A program made the translations under genes and the position numbers. A stretch of 63,995 nucleotides of DNA, the filler included, from an uncultured bacterium (lineage in GTDB: Bacteria; CAYSBA01): the NCBI GenBank assembly GCA_964429075.1. It is 5 parts of 5 records of this genome, joined end to end, with 100 filler letters (N's around TTAATTAATTAA, not from the genome) between each part and the next. Parts side by side here need not be neighbours in the genome. Positions count along the whole stretch, not along the records: positions 16,183 to 31,756 come from CAYSBA010000005.1; 4 more parts are not named here. The stretch is one strand, 5' to 3'. The notes beneath the pieces are model-generated. The model did no database searches. It was given only the letters and a program-made list of their open reading frames with translations, and was not told the origin of the DNA. Shown in pieces: positions 20,720 to 30,525 of this stretch; position 1 is the stretch's first letter; the number at the start of each line of letters is the position of its first letter.

Positions 20720-22365
20720 TTTTTACTCGTTAGATTTTTAACTACAAGTTTTACATCCCTTCTTGCTTTATGGTTCTTTGGGGCATATTTTAAGAACATC
20801 TGATAGTATTTCAATGCCTCTTTATTATCTTTTGTAAATTGATAGTAGGAACCGAGTGCCAGAAGCAGATCGGGATATCTTGGCCTTATCCTCTCTGCCT
20901 TCTTTAAGTAGTGCTTTGCCTTTTCGTTTCTATCGGTATCCATCAAAACCTTTCCCATACCAAGGAGGGCAAAAAAATTAGAAGGATCCATACTGAGAAC
21001 CCTTTTGTACAACATTTCTGCGCGCTTTAAAGAACCAAGATCGTAAAGCCTCGAGGCCTCTTTTAGCATCTTTTCTATCTCAACTGCCTTGTTTTGCCCT
21101 TCATCATTCGTAGTAGAACTATTTGCAGCCTGTAGCTCTTTGACCTGCTTAGAGGCATGTTTTTCTTCTGCATTTTTATTTGTCAAGACCTGCTTTTTTT
21201 CTTCAATATCCTGATTTAGATTTAACTCTTTTTGACCCTTTGTGTTTTCATCCACCGAAAGAGTAGTTGTAACTACATCCTGGTCTGCTTTGTCTTCTAT
21301 TGTAGCAATCTTTTTTGTGTCTTTAGAGGTCTTTTTTTGCAATAAGACTTTGCTGTATTCTCTGCCTTCGGGGTTGTTTTTCTCACCCTTTTTTGACAGT
21401 CCAAAGACCAGAAGGACCATGGCAATAACTACCAACATTGCCAGGATCATCCAGCGTGCACTTTTGCTATCAGAGGGGGTATGAATTGTCGAATCTGAAT
21501 CAGCTTCATAGAGTGGCTTTACTCTTTTTTCCTGTAATTCCTGCTCTTCTGCCTCTTTTATTAGTTTATCTGCAACTTCAGATGCAATTATCTTTTGATC
21601 CACCTCAGCCTCTTCTAACTGAGCTATATCTGATGGAGCTGATGATGTCTCATCTTGGTCAAGCTCTGTAGTGAGACACTCCATTATTAATGCGCTTGTG
21701 GATAGATCGATGTGATCCACCACATCTTCATCGAGCTCAGGACTTATTTTAAACCCACCCTCCCTTAACTTTGATAGTGCAATTACTGCTTTTATGCCAT
21801 AAAAATCACCATAAAATGCATTTATAACCTTAGTATCTTTAAAATGTATCTTACCAGTCCTGCCATCTTTATCTGTAATCTTGATTGTGCCACTTTTACC
21901 GTGTGAAGTTTCAATAATATTAAGCAGATCAACTACACCGATGTCGTCTAATTTGCCTTCAATCTCCCGCTCTAATAGTCGTTTACCATCTCTGTAGATG
22001 TCTGATATAAAGGCTTCCTGAAGAACCCTGTCTACCTCTTTAATAATAATCGGTTTATATGTTATCCCATCTAGCTCTACATTGTTCTCTCGCTCTACCA
22101 GCGACTCATGACCAACATCTATAATAAGAATGTATTTTATTTGATCAGATGATACAGAATGTCCCTTATTTACCAAATCATTCCACTTTAACTCTTTTAA
22201 TCCTGTACTTAGAATAACTGCATCAGGCTTTACAAGCTGAATCTTTTCAAGTGCATCAAGCCCATTGGTCGATGTTATTACATCGTAACCCTGTTCTTTA
22301 AGGCCTATTTCAAGGAGTTTTAAGTCCTTTGGATTACTTTCAGCTACAAGTACCTTTTTATTCAC
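20716..22365 (-). CDS. Pseudo-receiver + DUF4388-like + TM + TPR protein
   Basis: Receiver-fold N-terminus, IEGKLDDIGVVDLL..SGTIKI..GKIHF..VINA, one TM, C-terminal TPRs. GTG 22365 preferred over ATG 22392. Confidence 0.78.
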   Translation of the reverse strand: MNKKVLVAESNPKDLKLLEIGLKEQGYDVITSTNGLDALEKIQLVKPDAVILSTGLKELKWNDLVNKGHSVSSDQIKYILIIDVGHESLVERENNVELDGITYKPIIIKEVDRVLQEAFISDIYRDGKRLLEREIEGKLDDIGVVDLLNIIETSHGKSGTIKITDKDGRTGKIHFKDTKVINAFYGDFYGIKAVIALSKLREGGFKISPELDEDVVDHIDLSTSALIMECLTTELDQDETSSAPSDIAQLEEAEVDQKIIASEVADKLIKEAEEQELQEKRVKPLYEADSDSTIHTPSDSKSARWMILAMLVVIAMVLLVFGLSKKGEKNNPEGREYSKVLLQKKTSKDTKKIATIEDKADQDVVTTTLSVDENTKGQKELNLNQDIEEKKQVLTNKNAEEKHASKQVKELQAANSSTTNDEGQNKAVEIEKMLKEASRLYDLGSLKRAEMLYKRVLSMDPSNFFALLGMGKVLMDTDRNEKAKHYLKKAERIRPRYPDLLLALGSYYQFTKDNKEALKYYQMFLKYAPKNHKARRDVKLVVKNLTSKK

Positions 22366-22429
22366 AACATATCGATATATCAACCAATGCATTTATAGTC
22401 AACCTCTTAGACCCTTTGAGGCCCTCTCC

Positions 22430-22458
22430 TTGACAACCTTTGAGTGATACTATAAAGT
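22430..22458 (+). promoter_or_regulatory. Putative sigma70 promoter of the gap operon
   Basis: TTGACA-17 nt-TAAAGT. Confidence 0.55.
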
Positions 22459-22489
22459 TGCCTTCAAAAATATAGAGCATGGAGTCTCT

Positions 22490-23500
22490 GTGTTAAGGGT
22501 TGCAATAAATGGTGCTGGAAGAATCGGTAGGGGAATAATAAGGGCCTATTTTAATGGTCGTTTCCCGGATATCAAGATTGTTGCTCTAAAGGATATTACA
22601 TCGGTTGACAACGTAGCATATCTTTTAAAATACGATTCAGTATATGGGAAATTCAACCACGATGTTATTGTAAGTGATGACTCCATACTTATTGGCAACA
22701 ATAGGATACAGATATTAGATGATAGAAAGGAAGGCATACCAGACTGGAGTGATCTTGGTGTTGATCTTGTCATGGAGTGTACCGGAACGATGACAGATGC
22801 ACAGAGTGCCTCTTTACATATTAAAAATGGAGCAAAATATGTACTTATATCAGCACCCTGCAAAGATGCTGACCGTACTGTTGTATTTGGAATAAATCAC
22901 AGCTCTATAGATCCTGATAACGACAGGATAATCTCTAATGCCTCCTGTACAACTAACTGTATTGCCCCCATATTGAAGGTAATAGATGATGAACTCGGAA
23001 TTGAGATGGCCCAGATGACCACTGTACACTCTTATACAAACAATCAAACACTCCTCGATACCTACCACAAAAATGATCCAAGAAGGGGACGGGCTGCTGG
23101 ACTATGTATGATCCCAACATCTACAGGGGTAAACAGGGCACTTAAGGAGGTCCTACCAGAAATCGCAAGTAGATTCTTTGCCCTATCCATCAGGACACCT
23201 GTTGTTGATGTCTCTCTGATCGATCTTGTAGCGATTGTTCAAAACAATACAAATGCAGATAAGGTTAACCTTATACTCGAAGAGGCATCTGAATCAGAAC
23301 TTAAGGGAATACTAAATATCACCTATGAGCCGCTTGTTTCATGTGATCTGATAGGTAATACAGCCTCTGCTGTTGTGGATGGTAATCTTACAGTTGTTAC
23401 AGAAGAGAGGATGGTCAAGGTAATTGCATGGTATGACAATGAGTTTGCCTTTTGCAATAGAATGCTTGATGTAGCACAATATATGGCAGAACATATATGA
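22490..23500 (+). CDS. gap: Type I glyceraldehyde-3-phosphate dehydrogenase
   Basis: INGAGRIGR, SNASCTTNC, WYDNE. Confidence 0.95.
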   Translation: MLRVAINGAGRIGRGIIRAYFNGRFPDIKIVALKDITSVDNVAYLLKYDSVYGKFNHDVIVSDDSILIGNNRIQILDDRKEGIPDWSDLGVDLVMECTGTMTDAQSASLHIKNGAKYVLISAPCKDADRTVVFGINHSSIDPDNDRIISNASCTTNCIAPILKVIDDELGIEMAQMTTVHSYTNNQTLLDTYHKNDPRRGRAAGLCMIPTSTGVNRALKEVLPEIASRFFALSIRTPVVDVSLIDLVAIVQNNTNADKVNLILEEASESELKGILNITYEPLVSCDLIGNTASAVVDGNLTVVTEERMVKVIAWYDNEFAFCNRMLDVAQYMAEHI

Positions 23501-24702
23501 AGTTGAACATAAAATTTATAGAAAATGCTGTAGTTGAATCAAAGAGGGTCCTTTTGAGGGCCGACCTGAATGTACCTCTTGATGGTAAAAGTGTAAGGGA
23601 TGATACAAGGATTAAGGCGGTCCTGCCAACAATAAAACATATCCTCAGAGAAAATGGCAAACTTATAATTGTTTCACACCTTGGAAGGCCCAAAGGTAAA
23701 AAGGTCCCCGCACTCTCACTTGAACCTGTTGCACTTCGTCTATCAGAGTTACTAAACAGAGAGGTAATCTTTTTACCAGAACATGATCCAGATACCATAT
23801 CTGTTGTGGTAAGAGGTCTTAAAAAGGGTGATGTATGCATGATTGAGAACCTGAGATTTCATCCAGGCGAAAAAAAGGGATCCAGGGCATTTGCTAAGTT
23901 ATTAAAAGAGGCAACCCTATCTGACATATATGTTAATGATGCCTTTGGTACATGCCATAGACAGGATGCATCTGTCTACGCACTTGCCTTTGAGTTTGAT
24001 CTTAAGGACCGTTTTGCAGGATTCTGCATAAAGAGAGAACTCGACTTTCTGTACGATTATCTCAACAATCCACCAAGACCATTTATCGTCCTTGTTGGTG
24101 GAGCAAAGGTATCGGATAAACTTATGATCCTCAAAAATCTCTTCTCAAGGTGTGATGCAATGGCAATTGGTGGTGCAATGGCATATACATTTCTAAAAGC
24201 CTGTGGGAAAAGTATTGGCAAAAGCCCATTCGAAAGTGGTATGCTTGAGCCTGCAAAAGAACTCCTTGAGCTTTCAAGGATAAGGGGTAAGGAAATAGTC
24301 CTTCCTTCTGACCACATTATTGTAAGATCCATCGAAGATAACAAGATAATGACCACAGAAGGTCCTGATATACCGGACGATTTTTTGGGAGTAGATGTTG
24401 GACCAAAAACGGTCGAAAGGATCGAAGAGCTTGTAGAAGGCGCAAGGACAGTATTCTGGAACGGTCCCTTTGGCATATTCGAAAATAGACTGTTTGCAAA
24501 AGGGACCTTTAAGATAGCCGAAATACTTTCAAGAATAAAAGGCATAACAATAGTTGGTGGTGGTGATTCCAGCCGGGCAGTACACGAAGCCGGTTATGCT
24601 GATAAAATAAACCATATATCAACAGGTGGTGGTGCTGCCTTAGAGATGGTAGCTGGCAATACACTACCAGCCCTTGTTGCACTATCAAAGGCACGGATAT
24701 GA
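23497..24702 (+). CDS. pgk: Phosphoglycerate kinase
   Basis: DLNVP, SHLGRP, ENLRF, GGAKVSDK, GGGDS, STGGGA. Confidence 0.98.
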   Translation: MKLNIKFIENAVVESKRVLLRADLNVPLDGKSVRDDTRIKAVLPTIKHILRENGKLIIVSHLGRPKGKKVPALSLEPVALRLSELLNREVIFLPEHDPDTISVVVRGLKKGDVCMIENLRFHPGEKKGSRAFAKLLKEATLSDIYVNDAFGTCHRQDASVYALAFEFDLKDRFAGFCIKRELDFLYDYLNNPPRPFIVLVGGAKVSDKLMILKNLFSRCDAMAIGGAMAYTFLKACGKSIGKSPFESGMLEPAKELLELSRIRGKEIVLPSDHIIVRSIEDNKIMTTEGPDIPDDFLGVDVGPKTVERIEELVEGARTVFWNGPFGIFENRLFAKGTFKIAEILSRIKGITIVGGGDSSRAVHEAGYADKINHISTGGGAALEMVAGNTLPALVALSKARI

Positions 24703-25445
24703 AACCTTACATATTTGGCAACTGGAAAATGAATCTCTCAAGACGAGAGGCAATTGAAAATGCCTTCTCTGTAGCAGGTGTGGTCGGGAAGCGTACTGAA
24801 ATTGAAGTTATGATTGCCCCTCCTTTTGTTTACCTGGAGGCTGTTAACAATATTTTGAGGAGTAGTACAGTATCACTTGGTGCCCAGAATTGTCATTGGG
24901 AAGAATCTGGCCCCTATACAGGCGAAATCTCTTGTTCAATGTTAAAAGATTGTGGTTGCAAGTATGTTATAGTTGGACATTCCGAACGAAGACACATCTT
25001 TGGTGAATCTGAAGCTATCATAAAAAAGAAATATCTGGCTGTAAAAAAAGCTGGACTTATCCCTATACTCTGTATTGGAGAGACTGGAGATCAAAGAAAA
25101 GCTAACAAGACAAAAGAAATTGTTAGAAATCAACTTCTTGCAGTTCTTGAAGGTGGTGACTCACCAATAATCGCCTATGAACCTGTATGGGCAATAGGGA
25201 CAGGACTGACTCCTACACAAAAGGATATTGAAGATATCCATAATGAGATAAAAAATCTAATTTCTGATCTTGGATACTCAACTGATAAGGTGCCAGTTCT
25301 ATATGGTGGAAGTGTTAAACCATCCAACATTAGAGACATAATAAGCCTGCCATCTGTCGACGGTGTGCTTGTTGGTGGAGCAAGTCTAAAAGCAGATTCT
25401 TTCAGTGAGATTATAAAGATTTCAATAAAGGAGAAGGTAAGATGA
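24699..25445 (+). CDS. tpiA: Triosephosphate isomerase
   Basis: GNWKMN, GHSERR, AYEPVWAIGTG, LVGGASL. Confidence 0.98.
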   Translation: MKPYIFGNWKMNLSRREAIENAFSVAGVVGKRTEIEVMIAPPFVYLEAVNNILRSSTVSLGAQNCHWEESGPYTGEISCSMLKDCGCKYVIVGHSERRHIFGESEAIIKKKYLAVKKAGLIPILCIGETGDQRKANKTKEIVRNQLLAVLEGGDSPIIAYEPVWAIGTGLTPTQKDIEDIHNEIKNLISDLGYSTDKVPVLYGGSVKPSNIRDIISLPSVDGVLVGGASLKADSFSEIIKISIKEKVR

Positions 25446-26026
25446 CTGCATTGGTGATAACTATCCACGTTTTTGTCAGCATCCTGTTAATTATTGTAAT
25501 CCTTATACAACCTGGCAAAGAGGGAGGAATGGGAGCAACCTTTGGAGGTATGGGTCAGAATATCTTTGGAGGTAGGGGTGCTCAGACCATTCTTGAAAAG
25601 ATTACCGGTATCCTTGCAGGGGTATTCTTTTTGACCTCAATCACATCGGCAATTCTCACAAGCACATCAAGATCTGTGGTTGAAGGTGTTGACAAAGATA
25701 TCTCTATTGCAACTGAAGTAGGTAATAAAACAGATAAAAAAACAACCAAAAAAGAAAAAACAACAGAAAAAAATTCTAAGACAACCACCGAGACAAAAAA
25801 ATCACAGGGCTCTAAGGATCAAAACACAAAACCAAAAGAGACAACAAAACAAAACAAGAATGTAAACACCAGTCAGCAACCTGCAAGAGTTCAAGAGAAG
25901 GCAACTAACAAGAAATCAGATGAAAATAAGATGCCCCCAAATAAAACTGAGGCCTCTGCACCAAAAAAGCAGGACAAATCTCAAAAGAACATTAAGTCCA
26001 AAAAGCCCGTTCCAGAAAAGAGATAG
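25442..26026 (+). CDS. secG: Preprotein translocase subunit SecG with a long Lys/Thr/Gln-rich tail
   Basis: ILIQPGKEGGMGATFGG..FGGRGA..LEKIT; directly after tpiA. Confidence 0.92.
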   Translation: MTALVITIHVFVSILLIIVILIQPGKEGGMGATFGGMGQNIFGGRGAQTILEKITGILAGVFFLTSITSAILTSTSRSVVEGVDKDISIATEVGNKTDKKTTKKEKTTEKNSKTTTETKKSQGSKDQNTKPKETTKQNKNVNTSQQPARVQEKATNKKSDENKMPPNKTEASAPKKQDKSQKNIKSKKPVPEKR

Positions 26027-26029
26027 TAT

Positions 26030-27928
26030 ATGGGGCACATCCTTGTCCTCTCACTGCTTTTTGATCTCGGCATTGCAGCTACAGCACTTATAAAATTAAG
26101 ACAGAAAAAGGGGATATATATCTTTCTAATTCTATGTCTATCATTAGGGGTATATTCAATCTCAGGTCTGTGGACAGGCAAACTCTGGATAGTCTTAAGA
26201 GGTTCATCGATCTTGCTATTTGTTTTATCTTTTTGTTTCCTATCAGTAAGAATTGATATTCTTGATAATGAAGAACTCTCATGGCCATTAAAGATTATGG
26301 TACCATCTACCCCAATACTCTATGTAACCCTCTTTTTTATCTGGCATAGAGGTTTCGGGAAAGAGTGGTTTGTTGCTTCTTCTATTATTGCATTTATATC
26401 AGGGACAAAACCGACAATATCCCTATTTAGAGGTAGTGGTAAGTATCGATATGCGGGGACACTCTTTTTAGTTACACTAATACTTTTAATTATTGAAGGT
26501 ATTTATGATTATAGACATTTTTTGCCAGCCGGTACTTTTCTCACCACCATATTCCTTTTTTTCTGTTATCTACTCCTCAATGAAAGGATCCTCCCAGATC
26601 TAAAAGAGATATCAACAAGGGCCGTTTCTGTAGCAATAACAAGCATTATCATGGCAACACTATACTATCTCTTTTTTACCTCTCGATCTGAACTCGGACC
26701 TGTAGGTGATCTTTTTAATCTTTTTGTTGCCTCAATAATCCTCTTTCTTTTATTTGACCCTCTTCGAAATATCATCGAATGGCTATCCTTTAAAATGCTC
26801 TATAGAAGAGGTCTTAAATTTAAAAACACAATAGAAAGATTAAGTAGAGAGTGCTCATCGTTATCATCACCAGAGGCCTGTATTGATCTTTTGTTTGAAA
26901 TGCTTGAGACGACTAAGAGGGCATCAAAGATGCTTTGGTACAAATACCAGCACAATCCAGAAGGACTTCTGCTTTCACTCTACAGACCATCTACACTCCA
27001 GGATCTCAAAAGGATTATAAGAAGGGAGGATCCCCTATTTAAAGATCTAATTGAGGGCAATAAAGAGCATCTTGATTTTCAACTAATATATCAGGTTAAC
27101 GTTTCAGGGAAACTCCATTCTATTGTATGTATTGGCAACAAAAATCTGACAGAAAGCTTCTCTACCGAAGAAAAAAGATCAATAGAAGAGTTTCTAAACA
27201 TGGTGAAAGAACATGTTGAACACAAAAGTAGTCTTGAAAATGCTATCAAAAAAGAGCGCCTCCAGATAATGGGTGGTATGGCAGCTGCCCTTGCCCATGA
27301 ACTGAGAAGCCCTATGAGTGTGATAAAAGGTGTTATCGAGAATCTTGAATACTATCTTAAGGGCAATCAAAAGACGAAGGAGTATGCAAAAATGCTTCAT
27401 GAAGAGACCGACAGAATGGACAGACTGATAGAAGAATTTCTATCTTTCTCAAGGCCGACTGATATTGAACTTAAGAGTATTAACCTTATAGATCTTTTAT
27501 TCAAGATGAACAAATTCTTTAGTCAATACTGTAAAAACAGAAAGATTGATCTTATACTGGATCTACCAGACAGTGTGAAAAAGAAGGCAAAGGTCTCTCC
27601 AGAAAGATTGAGAGACGTACTTTTCAATCTTTTGACCAATGCTTGTGATGCCGCGGGTGAAGGGGGAAAGGTACTCATTAGACTCGTTGAGAAAAGATAT
27701 TACTTTGTTTTATATGTAGTGGATAGTGGTCGAGGTGTCCCCGATAATATTGCTGATAAGATTTTTGATCCATTTTTTACAACAAAATCAAGAGGAACAG
27801 GGCTTGGACTTGCAATAGTAAAACGTTATCTTGAAGAGATGGCATGTAGCATAGAGTTAGTAAAAGAAAAAGGCGACTTCGGAGATCTCTCCGGAGCCGC
27901 CTTTATGATAAAAATCCAGGCAGAATAA
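26030..27928 (+). CDS. Multi-TM sensor histidine kinase
   Basis: H-box [10 protein letters not shown]-box [25 protein letters not shown]. Confidence 0.93.
   Translation: MGHILVLSLLFDLGIAATALIKLRQKKGIYIFLILCLSLGVYSISGLWTGKLWIVLRGSSILLFVLSFCFLSVRIDILDNEELSWPLKIMVPSTPILYVTLFFIWHRGFGKEWFVASSIIAFISGTKPTISLFRGSGKYRYAGTLFLVTLILLIIEGIYDYRHFLPAGTFLTTIFLFFCYLLLNERILPDLKEISTRAVSVAITSIIMATLYYLFFTSRSELGPVGDLFNLFVASIILFLLFDPLRNIIEWLSFKMLYRRGLKFKNTIERLSRECSSLSSPEACIDLLFEMLETTKRASKMLWYKYQHNPEGLLLSLYRPSTLQDLKRIIRREDPLFKDLIEGNKEHLDFQLIYQVNVSGKLHSIVCIGNKNLTESFSTEEKRSIEEFLNMVKEHVEHKSSLENAIKKERLQIMGGMAAALAHELRSPMSVIKGVIENLEYYLKGNQKTKEYAKMLHEETDRMDRLIEEFLSFSRPTDIELKSINLIDLLFKMNKFFSQYCKNRKIDLILDLPDSVKKKAKVSPERLRDVLFNLLTNACDAAGEGGKVLIRLVEKRYYFVLYVVDSGRGVPDNIADKIFDPFFTTKSRGTGLGLAIVKRYLEEMACSIELVKEKGDFGDLSGAAFMIKIQAE
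27862..27904 (-). terminator. Intrinsic terminator of hsp20, embedded in the 3' end of the kinase CDS
   Basis: Minus-strand RNA AGGCGGCUCCGGAG-AGAU-CUCCGAAGUCGCCU followed by UUUUCUUUU, about 35 nt after the hsp20 stop. Confidence 0.75.
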
Positions 27929-27937
27929 GGTCTTTAA

Positions 27938-28384
27938 TCAAACGTTGATTTTTATCTTCTTGCTCTTTGCACCCTCCTTTTTGGGCATTGTAATCGAGAG
28001 GATACCATTTTCGTACTTTGCCTTGATCTTATTTACATCAACCTCTGCTGGAATGGTGAAACTCCTCCTGAAGGTACCGTAGTAGATCTCTCTACGATGG
28101 TAGTTCTCTTCTTTTATCTCTGAAGAATGCTTTCTCTCACCGCTTATGGTTAGCACATTCTCCTTGAGCTCGATATCAATATCCTTTTCATTCATCCCTG
28201 GCATCTCACATGTAATACGATACTCCTTATCGGTTTCATAGATGTCAGCCCTTGGACTCCATTCCTCCATATCGGTGGACAGTCCAAAGTTGTCAAAGAA
28301 GTCTTTAAAGAACTCCCTTTCTATGTCAAAAAGCCTTGGCCAGAGAAGTTCTCTTGTCTTTGGTCTTGATATTGTCAGCTTCAT
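27938..28384 (-). CDS. Hsp20/alpha-crystallin small heat-shock protein
   Basis: WSPRADIYET, EMPG, LTISGER, YGTFRRSF, AKYENGIL. SD GGAGGTG before ATG 28384. Confidence 0.95.
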   Translation of the reverse strand: MKLTISRPKTRELLWPRLFDIEREFFKDFFDNFGLSTDMEEWSPRADIYETDKEYRITCEMPGMNEKDIDIELKENVLTISGERKHSSEIKEENYHRREIYYGTFRRSFTIPAEVDVNKIKAKYENGILSITMPKKEGAKSKKIKINV

Positions 28385-28464
28385 TGTCACCTCCCTCATA
28401 AGTTAAACGTTTACAAATATCTTGAATAATTTCAACCGGATGGCCATCCAGTCGAACCAACATT

Positions 28465-28493
28465 AGAATAATCATCCTGATTTTTTGTGTCAA
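28465..28493 (-). promoter_or_regulatory. Putative sigma70 promoter of hsp20 (its -35 overlaps the tsaD stop)
   Basis: TTGACA-17 nt-TATTCT. Confidence 0.6.
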
Positions 28494-29500
28494 GAGGTGT
28501 AGGGTGCACGGTTTTTTAAATATATACCTGCTTTAAATCCCAAATCATCATGCCCCCTCTTTTTATAAACAAGTAGGCCTCTTAATGCCACCATTGCACC
28601 ATTGTCTGTACAGTAGCTTAAAGAGGGTATAAAAATCTGTCTTCCAGTATCTTTTGCCCATCTTTCAAGTCCTTCTCTGAGAAATCTGTTTGCAGCAACA
28701 CCTCCTGCAAATACAAACCTTTTATGATTATAGGTTTTAATAAACAGATTGAGTCTATCAACAAGATGATCAAGCACTGCCTCCTGAAAACCTCTACAGA
28801 TGGCCTTTTTTTCATCTTCATTAATAAGTCCTCTATTTTTTATATAGTATAGGACCTGTGTTTTTAAACCTGAAAAGCTAAAATTTAGATTTTTGTCTTG
28901 TTTCATTGGGGTCTTGAATCTAACTGAATCTCTTGCTTCTCTGGCAAGCCTTTCTATAACTGGACCGCCAGGATAACCAAGATCAAGCATACGAGCCACC
29001 TTATCAAAAGATTCTCCACAGGCATCATCGAGGGTAGATCCAACGATGTTTATATCTAAAACATCTCTGATCTCTGCAATAAGAGTATGGCCACCTGATA
29101 CCAGCAGCACTCCAAAGGGAAAGTCCACTCTGTGCTCAAGCATCACTGAAAACATATGTGCCTCAAGATGGTCCACAGCAACAATAGGTTTATTAAGACC
29201 CATTGCAATTCCCTTTGCAAAGGAGGTACCAACAAGAAGGGCACCAATAAGACCCGGTCTTGAGGTTACACAGACAAGCCCTATATTGTTTTTATCAATA
29301 CTGCTATTTTTGATTACATTGTGATAAAGCAGGGGCAATCTTTTTAAATGATCACGTGCTGCGATTTCAGGTACAACTCCACCAAAAGATGAGTGGATCT
29401 CAAGCTGGGAAAAGGTATCCATATATATCAATCCCCTATCTTCATCATAGAGGGCAATTGAGGATTCATCACAGGAACTTTCTATGCCAATAACAACCAT
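28490..29500 (-). CDS. tsaD: tRNA threonylcarbamoyltransferase TsaD
   Basis: GIESSCDE, GGVVPEIAAR, HLEAH, VSGGHT, FSFSGLKT, CTDNGAM. Confidence 0.98.
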   Translation of the reverse strand: MVVIGIESSCDESSIALYDEDRGLIYMDTFSQLEIHSSFGGVVPEIAARDHLKRLPLLYHNVIKNSSIDKNNIGLVCVTSRPGLIGALLVGTSFAKGIAMGLNKPIVAVDHLEAHMFSVMLEHRVDFPFGVLLVSGGHTLIAEIRDVLDINIVGSTLDDACGESFDKVARMLDLGYPGGPVIERLAREARDSVRFKTPMKQDKNLNFSFSGLKTQVLYYIKNRGLINEDEKKAICRGFQEAVLDHLVDRLNLFIKTYNHKRFVFAGGVAANRFLREGLERWAKDTGRQIFIPSLSYCTDNGAMVALRGLLVYKKRGHDDLGFKAGIYLKNRAPYTS

Positions 29501-29601
29501 TTAACTTTTTTTCATCAAAATTGTCATATTGCCATAAAAGATTAGACCCTTGACAAATTTCAGTCAAGGTTTATTTTTCTGCAAAAAATGGAGGCAGCTA
29601 T

Positions 29602-30522
29602 ATGATTTCTGTAGAACATGTCACAAAGGTATTTAGAACAAGAGTTGCTGTAGATGATGTCTCGTTTTCTGTAAAAGAGGGTGAGATTGTTGGCTTTCTC
29701 GGACCAAACGGTGCAGGCAAAACAACAACGATGCGTATAATAACAGGATACATGCCTGCTACATCCGGCAGGGTTACCGTCAACGGGATAGATGTCTTCA
29801 ATAACCCCCTTGAGGTAAAAAAACAGATCGGCTATCTTCCAGAACTGCCACCTGTATATACAGATATGACCACCCGATCATACCTTAAATTTGTTGCTGA
29901 GATAAAGGGTATCGAAAAAAAGAGAATAAAAGATGAAATAGAGAGGGTTGCACAGCTGTGTGGAATAAATCAGGTAATGGACAGGATAATCGGGAATCTT
30001 TCCAAAGGATTTAAACAGAGGGTTGGACTTGCACAGGCAATTATGGGGGACCCAAAAGTCCTCATATTAGACGAACCAACAGTAGGTCTCGACCCAAAAC
30101 AGATTATGGAAGTAAGGGAGGTTATAAAGGAACTTGCAAGTGACAAAACTGTTATCTTATCAACCCATATACTCCAGGAGGTCTCTGTACTTTGCGAAAG
30201 GGTGATAATCATTAATGAAGGAAGGATTGTTGCAGACGAAAATATATCTGCCTCTGGCGATGGCGGTAATCCACCCCTTCTTGTTATTAAGGTCAGAAAC
30301 TGGAATGATCAGTTAAACTACAGGATATCCTCCTTTGAAGGTGTGACCAAAGTCGAACCTGCAGGTGAGGACCATGAGTTTCTTATAGAGACAGATGGCA
30401 GAAGTGATCTAAGACCTAAAATTGCAAGGGCAGTAATAGAGGCTGGTGCAGAGCTCCTTGAACTGAGGTCAATGACATCAAACATTGAAAATATCTTCCT
30501 TAACGCAATAACAAAGAGGTAA
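29602..30522 (+). CDS. ABC transporter ATP-binding protein (GldA-like)
   Basis: GPNGAGKTT, LSKGFKQRVGLAQA, LDEPTVGLDP. Confidence 0.95.
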   Translation: MISVEHVTKVFRTRVAVDDVSFSVKEGEIVGFLGPNGAGKTTTMRIITGYMPATSGRVTVNGIDVFNNPLEVKKQIGYLPELPPVYTDMTTRSYLKFVAEIKGIEKKRIKDEIERVAQLCGINQVMDRIIGNLSKGFKQRVGLAQAIMGDPKVLILDEPTVGLDPKQIMEVREVIKELASDKTVILSTHILQEVSVLCERVIIINEGRIVADENISASGDGGNPPLLVIKVRNWNDQLNYRISSFEGVTKVEPAGEDHEFLIETDGRSDLRPKIARAVIEAGAELLELRSMTSNIENIFLNAITKR

Positions 30523-30525
30523 GCC

